Part shown: in pieces, positions 55,537 through 64,000 of the stretch
How the letters are laid out: each line of letters starts with the position of its first letter
Numbering within the stretch: position 1 is the stretch's first letter
DNA from: Paraspadella gotoi
Lineage: Eukaryota > Animalia > Chaetognatha
NCBI GenBank assembly: GCA_051294375.1
Contig: CM119265.1
Coordinates: 8,750,772-8,814,771 of the forward strand
Direction of reading: 5' to 3'
DNA: 64,000 nucleotides
The notes under the pieces: generated by a model
What the model saw: the letters and a program-made list of their open reading frames with translations, nothing else
The model's database searches: none
Told to the model about the DNA's origin: nothing
Program-made: the position numbers and the translations under genes

Positions 55537-56245
55537 ATTAGCTGCCACGCCTCCGCCCCCGAGGTTGTTGTGAAACTCTATGCAATTTCATTTTCGAAGA
55601 CGTTTTAGTGAACTCAACGTTGCCCCAACATTTCGTATCTCTCAAGCCAAACATCAAACTTTTATAGGGATAAAAAATATGTTTTTTTTTTAATATTCAC
55701 CGCCAGCCCCGGAGAGTATCCTTTGGCCAGTTATAAAGTGTGTCAATTTTTTTCTTTTATTTTCATTTTGGAAATCGTTTTTTCCTTTTCTCTTTTCGTA
55801 TGTCCTCCGATTTTCGGTTTTTTGTTGTTGTTTTTTTTGTGAGATGGTGAAATGTGTATCTAACGAATTAACTTTTTAAACTAACCTCACAACCATTTTA
55901 TTTCTTTTACGATCGAAATTCGTGTTATCATTATAACTCTTATTTTCGTTGTGCCGAAATATTTTTACGTTTCCAACGGATTTACACTGAATTGAGAGGC
56001 TCGAGTAGCGACTTTTTTATTGCGTACTTATGTATTTTTCATTTTTTCCTATACACCTAACCGAACCTTCTTTTTATACGATTTTTACCTCGTTGACCAA
56101 GACATAGATTTATTACACCGGATATGCATGTATCACAGAGCTTCAGGGATTCCGTTCAATTTCACCATTTATCACATCACCATTTTGCCATGTTGCCATT
56201 TTTCGTTATTTTACGTATTATTCCAGAGTCCCGGTAATTTCTTGA

Positions 56246-59115
56246 ATGCGCCGAGATCGCCAGCGTTCTTCGCGCTCTGGCCGCGCCGAAAGGTCGAGGT
56301 CGAAGATTCTGCTGCTCGCAGCAGCGGCAACGGCGGCGTCGTTGCGTCCAGGCGTCGACGCCGCAGCCTCTCAGGTCAGCTGCTCCTACTCCGGCGACTG
56401 CAAAGGTCACTGCTTCGATGACGAGGGCGTTGCGCGATGCTGTAAAACCATATGTTTACCGAGGACGCCCGAGTGCGATCGTCACCCTTCCTGCTTGGCG
56501 AGTAAGTTGCGAAAACCCTCACTCGATTTCATAATCGTTTGATAACGGAATGGGATCCACTTCGTTTACAAACAGGAAGCAACAACTGACTTGACATCGT
56601 ATTTGCCCAGCAATCTTGATGAAAATTAAATTGGTAGATGGTCGATTGTCATCTCGAAAGATACAGTGATATCGCATAACGGTCCGTCCTTGTGATATGT
56701 ACTAAACTTGGTTTTCCTTTCCAGTGGACGGCGGGTGGGGGTCATGGGGCGATACGGAGGATTTCAAGGTGATTTTTTGAATTTTTCAAAAGCGATTGCT
56801 TACAAATTAAAACTCGATATTGTCGCTTTTACTCAGGAAGGAAATAAATGCGGCCGTCGTCGTCGTCGTGTATGTGACAGGTAAGATGATTTGTGTGGTT
56901 ATTACCAATTGTGAAATATAAATATTAGACTAGTTTGATTTTTCTTCAACGTTTAAAAAATACCTAGTCCCGCTCCCGTCGCTCATCTCGGCGGAAGGGA
57001 TTGTCAAGGCGACGCCGAGGAACGCTTATCGGTTTCGGAATGCCCGACAGGTCAGCGAAGAGAGCTTCGTAAGATCTCCATGACAACTGATATATAAAAT
57101 AAATCGTCGCAGAAATACAAGGATGAAAATTAACTAATGATTATAAATTTGTTGGGGGGTATTTTTAACAAGGAGAAAGGGAACTTAATCACTAATAAAA
57201 CTAGTGCAAACGGATATAAAAAATCTTAAAAGCATAAGGATCGTCGCAATCGCATAAGAAAAATATGGATTGACAACAAATTTTGATACTAAAAAAAATA
57301 AAATTTGAGAAAAGAAAATTAATTTATAAACAGAAAGAAAAATTATATTTTATAAATTATAAATTAAAGTTACAGTTTCTGAAAAAAAAAATTTCATTGT
57401 CAAAAAAGAAATTAATCAGCAGACGCAGCACCTGAGGAAAAAAAACAAAAATAAAACCTGATGTTGCGATAGCAAAATAATATGCGATTTTATTCGAATA
57501 CAACGAGGTTGATTCAGTACAATCATCATCAACAAACAAACAAACAAAGACAGACTAAGTCTAAGTAAAAAAAAATAAAATAGAGAGAAAAAAAACAGTT
57601 AATTAAATAAAATTAATTAATTAAAATTTAAACAATTAAAAATTGTTCTTAAAATGATAACATGCACGAATGCGATGCCTAATTTTACAAGTTCAATCCT
57701 ATTTCAATTTTTGTTTTAATAAAAACGCAGAGAGAGAGAGAGGGAGAGAGAGTGAGAAAAGAAAAAAATCAATAGGCAGCAGCAGAAGCAGCAGGAAAAA
57801 AGAGAGATAAAGAATAAGCCCCTGCAGAGCCAGCTGCAGACTCAAAAGGCAGCAGCAGAAGCAGCAGGAGAAAAGAGAGAAAAAGAATAAGCCCCTGCAG
57901 CGCCAGCTGCAGACTCGTTTTTTCCCTATGATTATGAATTATGAATTATGAATTATGAATCAGTGATGAGGGAAAAGAGAGAGGGAGAGAGACATGTAAT
58001 TAAAAGAAAAAAGAGAGAGAGAAAAGAAATATGAAAATAAAAGAGAGAAAATTTGTTTGTTTTTGATAAACGTAAACAAAACATATTTAATAACTGTCCA
58101 GACTCAATTTTAAGCACATCGATGATGAGAAGCTGTATATAAATTTAATCATAAAAAAGGCGATCTATAATTTGGAACGCCGACAACGACGACGACGACG
58201 ACGACGACGCCGACGCCACTTATGCGCAAAAGCGTTACAATATCGTCGCAAACGCTTAGCGATTGCGACGATAAAAATTGGAAAACTTTAACACTGAACA
58301 CTGAACACTGGAACAATGAACAGCATTCAATTTTTATTTCAAGTATATTAGAATATTTTTGCCTTTTACCTTTTCCTAGATCAATTCAATTTTGAACAGT
58401 TTCGCTGACGACAACAGTGGTACTGGCTTCCGTCGCGGTCTGCGTCGCCGTCGTTTCCGTCATCTCTGCGATTGTCTACCGAGCTCGTGAGTTTAAATTT
58501 GCTCTATATTTTATTATGTGCAATTGTGCATTCTATTATCGTTTCTTGAATAAGAATTTATTCATACACTTATTTGTTGTTTCCGTTCAAGAATACAGAT
58601 TGTAACTTGCGTGAAAGATCTCTCAGAATGATATTCGTCTCAATCTATCGCTCACAAAATGCTAATTAAGTTATAAATTAATTTTTAGCGTTAACAATTC
58701 AGGCAAACGGAATTACGCTGCCAACACGACCATCCCCAATGTTGCTTACCAAGTCGCCTCCGCCGACGACGTTGGAGAATTCGCGGTGAGGATCCCCGAC
58801 CGAGCGCCCTCTGATTGGGACGCCGACACAACGGCGGCGTCATTACAAGAAGAACTCGAGGCGGCGTCGGTGGCGCGCCGAATCGGCGTCGAAGTTGGGT
58901 CGACTCCTCTGGGCGAGCCATTCCTACCTTCCAGCGCATCCAACCCAACCGACGTTTCGGCTCTCTATCTCCGCATAGAGCAATTCGTCGTCGATTCGAT
59001 GGGCGCCGATCCGCCCCTGGAGCAGGAGCCAGCGCCACTACCGCTACCGCTTCCGCAGCTTCCGGTACCGCTACCGACCGAAGAATTCACGATCGGCGAG
59101 TTCGTTATTGGATGA
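56246..59115 (+). CDS. Cys-rich/TSP1 single-pass membrane protein B, 308 aa; exons 56246-56501, 56725-56768, 56837-56880, 56968-57050, 58400-58486, 58703-59115
   Basis: GT-AG introns, phases 1,0,2,1,1; the spliced 927 nt is open. TSP1 DGGWGSWG...RRRRRVCDSPAPVAHLGGRDCQGDAEE...C, TM VVLASVAVCVAVVSVISAIVY, Pro-rich acidic tail. Confidence 0.88.
57774..57916 (+). repeat. Two-copy 73-bp direct repeat inside gene B intron 4
   Basis: aggcagcagcagaagcagcagga...gaataagcccctgcag.gccagctgcagactc at 57774-57843 and 57847-57916. Confidence 0.93.
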
Positions 59116-59568
59116 TTCAAACTAAACTTCCTCCGGCGATATTTTCAGAAATGTTCTCGCTCGTGAATGATCACCAAGGTCATAACTTTTTTCAATGTAT
59201 CTATTGTGATACGCAGCGCTGTCTACATTATGATCTAATTTTTTTTATAACCATGTCATTTTTCAATTTAAATGTAAACGATCACCAATAAAAATTTGAT
59301 TAATTGGTTACAATTTTTTGTTAATAGGGCGTTTTAAATTTTTTCAAACATGCCCATCTTATTCCTGTACTTTTATTTAGTGTTTACTGTTTAATATTTG
59401 TCTTTTAAATCTAAATTATTGAAAATGACATTAAATGCGAGATGTTATTCAAAAATATTCTTTGATTAGCTTAAGTATTGTTCCAAAGTAGTTTCTTTCT
59501 AACCATTTTGAATTTATTTTTCTCCATTCTACCTCTATTTTAACAGACAAAAATGAAACCATGCCACC

Positions 59569-61094
59569 ATGAGAATAGCTTGTCCAACTTGGTACCTATC
59601 GCGATTTATTCCGCTGGCTTTTACTTTGACTTTTACAAAGTTGAACGCGGTTCCAATCCCTCAATCTCTCAACAGCACTTGTTCCTGCGATCCCGACTGC
59701 TTTTGGTTTGGACAGGATTTAGGATGGAAATGTTGCGATTTCGTTTGCAAAGGTGACAATCCGCGCATGTGCGACGAGAAGTGTGGGCAAAGTGAGTTAT
59801 GCATATTGCATTATTTTATGAAAATAGTAAAATGATAATCGTTTAATAGTTTAATGTAATCGTTACTTTTACTTTTTATTATCTTATTAGTTCACGCCAA
59901 ATATCTCCCATGGAACAAGTGGAGCGTCTGTGACGTGAGTTTGGAGATTTTTTTTTTTTTTTTTTTAATCATGGGCGTTATGTTTTCCTCGTCATTTTCA
60001 GTACCATTACGCGGACCCGAAACTACGAAACCTACTGCCGCGAGGAGTCGAGGTAATCACCGCTTTCTCGATTGTCTAATCTTCTGCGCGTCGTTGAAAC
60101 CAACTTTGTTTTAGGATCAAACGATCGAGTATCGCGTCAGAATTTGCGACAATCCGAAAGCTCATCTCGGAGCGAAAAATTGCAGTCGACTCGGCGAGGC
60201 TGTTCAGACGAAGCCTTGCAAAAATATCGCGGGTGAATTAGGATTTTATTTAACGTCATCATCGTTATCATTTGATATCATTATAATCGTTATCATAAAC
60301 ATTGTCCTTATTATCATCCTCATCGCCAGTATCATCGCCATCATTTTAATTCTCCTCAAAATCATCCTCATCATTTAATCTCCATCATCATGATGGACGT
60401 CGTCAATTAATCAATCAATCAACTAATCAATCAATCAATCAATCAATCAGTGATCGCCCACTCTAAACTTTTCTTTTAGATCACAGAGTCGCGGCAATCG
60501 TCTTCCTTTGCTTATTTCTCTTTCTCATCGCGGTCGCCGTCATTTGCCTCCTTCTTTATGGCCGATGTGAGTTCTGGTCGACCTTCTGCTCAAAATAAAC
60601 CGGAACATATTGTAGAATGTAATACTGTATTGTTTTAATTTAATCTTTAAAAATTCTTTAAAGATTATCGACCCGATAGAAGGACGACGGTCAAACCGGA
60701 GACGCAAGGACCACAACCACGAGTCTTCAAAGAAACGATGAATCCTTTGTTTAAAAAACGGAATCTCTTTTATAGATTCGTTCGTAACGACGACGCGAAC
60801 AACTACTACTGTCGCTTTGTTAAGAATAAGAACAACGATCGAATCGGTCGACCCAACTCTTCTACAGTCGACTCGATCGTCGGGCCTCCAAATTCCAAAG
60901 GCGCTTTTATCGACAGTCCCCCAAATTCGGAGGACGTTCGGTCTGATTTTGGCACGACACAATCCGTTCGGTCGGACGCGACTTCGACGCGAGGCGACGC
61001 CGTGGAGGAGTCAACTTCTCGAGTCGACAGTCAACTTTTCGTTAGCGGATCGAGTCGAATGGGAACGTTTGACACAATTGACGAGTTGCAATAA
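59569..61094 (+). CDS. Cys-rich/TSP1 single-pass membrane protein C, 317 aa; exons 59569-59791, 59891-59934, 60002-60052, 60115-60232, 60480-60566, 60664-61094
   Basis: GT-AG introns, phases 1,0,0,1,1; the spliced 954 nt is open. TSP1 YLPWNKWSVC...YRVRICDNPKAHLGAKNCSRLGEAVQTKPC, TM VAAIVFLCLFLFLIAVAVICLLLY. AATAAA overlaps the stop codon. Confidence 0.88.
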
Positions 61095-61676
61095 AAAATA
61101 ATCTGAATGCTTAATGCCTCGTGCCTAACGCTTTGGTGAACATTTTTCTCTCGAAATATGTTTTTTTTTTCTAATCGCGAGGATTTATATCTCGTAATTT
61201 TTTTTCGCCGGAATTGCCTCATTTGTTGAACTTAGTTTATTTTTGGTGTTGATGTTTTATTTGTTTTACGTTTTAGTCGAATATTTTCTTTTCTTAAAAA
61301 AATGTGTTTTTATGAGGGACGAGGAGGTTAGTCGCTTTTTTTGTTATGCGGAAGGATGTGAAATTTTAAACTTTCAAAATGACGCGATTAGTATTTTCAT
61401 GAAGCATTATTCTTTCTATTAACACTGCTCCACGCAGCAAGATTGTACTTAATGAAGCTCTTGCATTTTGCAAAGTTTGTTTTTAACGGGTTGTTGGGTG
61501 AATATTTACGCATTTTATATTCTTAATTTTCTACTAAAAAAAAAAAAAAACCTTTTAGCGACACAGGTGGCCGCCGCCGCCGATAAAAAGGGGACGGTTG
61601 TGACGCGAAGAAAGACTATGCGTCGCCGACGACCCTCTTTCACGCGATCCTCGATCAAAAGCGACATCTTTACGTC

Positions 61677-63969
61677 ATGAATCCGTTGACGAATCTTGGT
61701 TGGACGATCTTCTTTGTGTTTCGATTCACATTTGCTCAAAATTTTCACGCGTCTAGCGTTTGCAAAGAGGACGGAATCTGTTTCGGTCACTGTTACTGGT
61801 GAGATTTGAAACAGCACCAATATTGTTTCGAGGGGGAAGAGTTTGAAGAATCCTAAGTCTTGTTGTTTGTTTTTTCCAAACGAAAAGAAATCAATCAGGT
61901 GAGGGGAAGGATAACGAAAACAATTTGCCTACGAAGGTTTTCGACTGGTCCGCAGTGGAGAATACAATAACAATAACAAATAGCTGTGCTAGCAGCGATC
62001 GCGATCGTAGTCGTAAATTATATTATATAATTATATAATATATATAGCTAATTATATTCGTAGAAAAATATATTGCTTTCACTGTAGGTCCTACCAATCA
62101 CGGAGTTATGAATGCTGCAATCAACTTTGTCGAGATCGAAAGAAAGGGTGTTTTGAATATGACGCCTGCAAGTCGAGTGAGTTTTTTCACATTACCGTTT
62201 TTTGACTTTAGAAAAAATGGTATAAAGTTAAATAACAGGTTATTTTTGATTGGTTATTGTTAAATGATTATCGAGCCTCAAAACCACTAAATAAATTATA
62301 GTTATATAATAATACATACAAAATAATCATTATTTTATTTATTGCCTTTTTTGTATTCTTTCCTTTAAATTTTTCGCGGCCCTCGCAGCGCACGGAGGAT
62401 GGAGCGAATGGGATCCATGGACAACGTGCCCCGCCACTTGCGAAAACCCTGACGCGAATCGAACCCGGACACGAACCTGTACGAACCCAAAGCCGAAGCG
62501 AAATTTATTCGGACTTGAATGCCAAGGAGAGTCAGTACAGTTTCTTCCGTGCCAGTTGTCATCGGAAGAGATGAAAAAGTGCAACGGTGAGTAACGAAAC
62601 GAGTTAAAGTTTGATGTGGTGTTGAGCGGTATCTATTGTAAGATTATTGTAGCAGAAAACATGACGTCAAACCTGTTAAAACCCTTTCATCTTACCAGGG
62701 TACAAAGAAAACAATAATACGTAATAATCAATAGGAATTAGTTCATGTCCAACAGTGTATTCTCAGAATTTTCAACACAAAATTAGTCCATTAAATTAGT
62801 GATGTCGAGGCTTTCTCACTTAAATAATATTTATTAGTATTATATTATTATTATTATTATTCTTATTATTATTATTATATTTATATGAAATTGGTACAAC
62901 CAATATAAAAATTATCCATTCATTTTATAAATAAGCTATCTTGTCCCTGACTTTGGACAGGCTTTGGTGGTTTAAGGCCTCCATCACACTTACAAGATAA
63001 TAACATAGCAGTTTTCTGCAATTATATATTTAAATAAATACACTAACGCTACCATTTGTCCCTACTTCTTTTTTTGGGCAGTCGTTACAATCATCGGTCT
63101 TAGCTGTGGGTTTGCTCTCGTCGCCGTCATCCTAATTATCGTGGTGATTGCTTTCGCCTACCATCATCGAAATCGTAAGCACGAGGAAGTGATTTTCGTC
63201 GTCGAAAGTTGTTTTTCACAACCCTGCCTTTGTTTCAGCGCGTTTCTATTCTCGGGCCCAACAAGAATCGCGCAGTATAGGCGAGCACACGTTCGAGGTG
63301 AAAGAACCAGACAGCATCGGCAGCGCGAGCGACATACTCTTGGATTTCGAAGACGAAATCGTGGACTTAGCCGAAGGCACGCCAAAACAATTCACAAATA
63401 TTGATGTTTAAAAAAAAAAAAATATTGAATTTCGTCTTTTCGTTATAAACATTTTCACAGAACAGACGCCGGCAAAAGACGAAACGGTTCCCAAAATAAT
63501 CGGCGATTCGTCCGTCGATGACGCAACCGCGTCAACGTTTTTAAGGGCGACCTTTGCCGACGAATTTCAGCCACGCCCACACGTCGATTTCGATATAATG
63601 ACGCCAGGGCCACCGCCGCGGTCGAAGATGACGAATTCGCAGCCTTTTCCGCCATCGATGCGACAGACGGAGCCTCCGCCGATGCAGCTGCCGCCCGCCA
63701 GCTCTTTCGACGTCTCAGAGTTCGGCCAGCCCCTTCGCACCTATGGTAACCGGGAGCTACGAGTGGCGAGCGACGCGTCGACGGAGGACATACCCGACTC
63801 CAACAATTTGAATGACATTTCCTATGTCAACGCCAATGTGATTGTTATTGATGTCCCGAATGACATTTCGATCTCGGCCTCCAGTTCCGGGATTTATTAT
63901 CCCGTACTATATGATCGGCAGGAAGACGTCCCGAGCATTGAACAGTTGATGGGATCGAGAATGGAATAG
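61677..63969 (+). CDS. Cys-rich/TSP1 single-pass membrane protein D, ~382 aa; exons 61677-61798, 62088-62176, 62389-62586, 63082-63174, 63239-63376, 63461-63969 (last junction uncertain)
   Basis: The spliced 1149 nt is open. Canonical 6-Cys TSP1 HGGWSEWDPWTTCPATC...RTRTRTCTNPKP...LECQGESVQFLPC, TM IIGLSCGFALVAVILIIVVIAFAY. The last intron needs a GC donor (63377) or the alternative GT 63298 / AG 63465 pair. Confidence 0.83.
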
Positions 63970-64000
63970 GGGAGTAGCTCGTCTACTACATTGCAATATT

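Noticed and set aside
58377-58399. Upstream AG (58378-79) as the acceptor for the gene B TM exon
   Set aside because: It gives an in-frame TGA within ten codons; the AG at 58398-99 yields the TM helix. A secreted isoform from the upstream AG cannot be excluded but is unsupported.
53241-63969. One large multi-TSP1 gene (hemicentin, SCO-spondin, semaphorin-5 or UNC5-like)
   Set aside because: Each unit has its own ATG with hydrophobic leader, TM helix and stop codon. No Ig, Sema, ZU5 or death domains are seen.

Overview
Eukaryotic (metazoan) genomic DNA from a compact, AT-rich but CpG-retaining genome with short GT-AG introns and many (GA)n, (GAC)n and (GAAA)n microsatellites. It is reminiscent of a non-bilaterian such as a sponge, but that is an impression only. 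The window has two very different parts. (1) About 1-37.9 kb and 41.6-47.5 kb look like uncorrected long-read gap-fill. Indels break every reading frame, there are 25-N gaps, 1-10205 appears base-identical to 27141-37345, and 43.7-47.5 kb is repeated at 47.5-50.3 kb. Reading through the errors I recognise an SNX5/6-type sorting nexin (+, ~11.5-14.1 kb), a candidate ~6.3 kb TIR DNA transposon (14.4-20.7 kb), a syntaxin-1-family Qa-SNARE (+, ~21.1-23.3 kb), and a SAPCD2-like gene on the minus strand (clean first exon 38237-37969, further exons down to ~23.8 kb). A 647-bp MITE is present in one copy of the 43.7-50.3 kb duplication and absent from the other. (2) 53.2-64.0 kb is clean sequence holding four tandem, co-oriented, highly diverged paralogous genes that I spliced by hand into full open frames. 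Each encodes a signal peptide, an unrecognised 8-Cys module, one thrombospondin type-1 repeat, a transmembrane helix and an unrelated cytoplasmic tail. This receptor cluster is the best candidate for an undescribed system. All identifications rest on manual translation and recalled family motifs; no searches were run.
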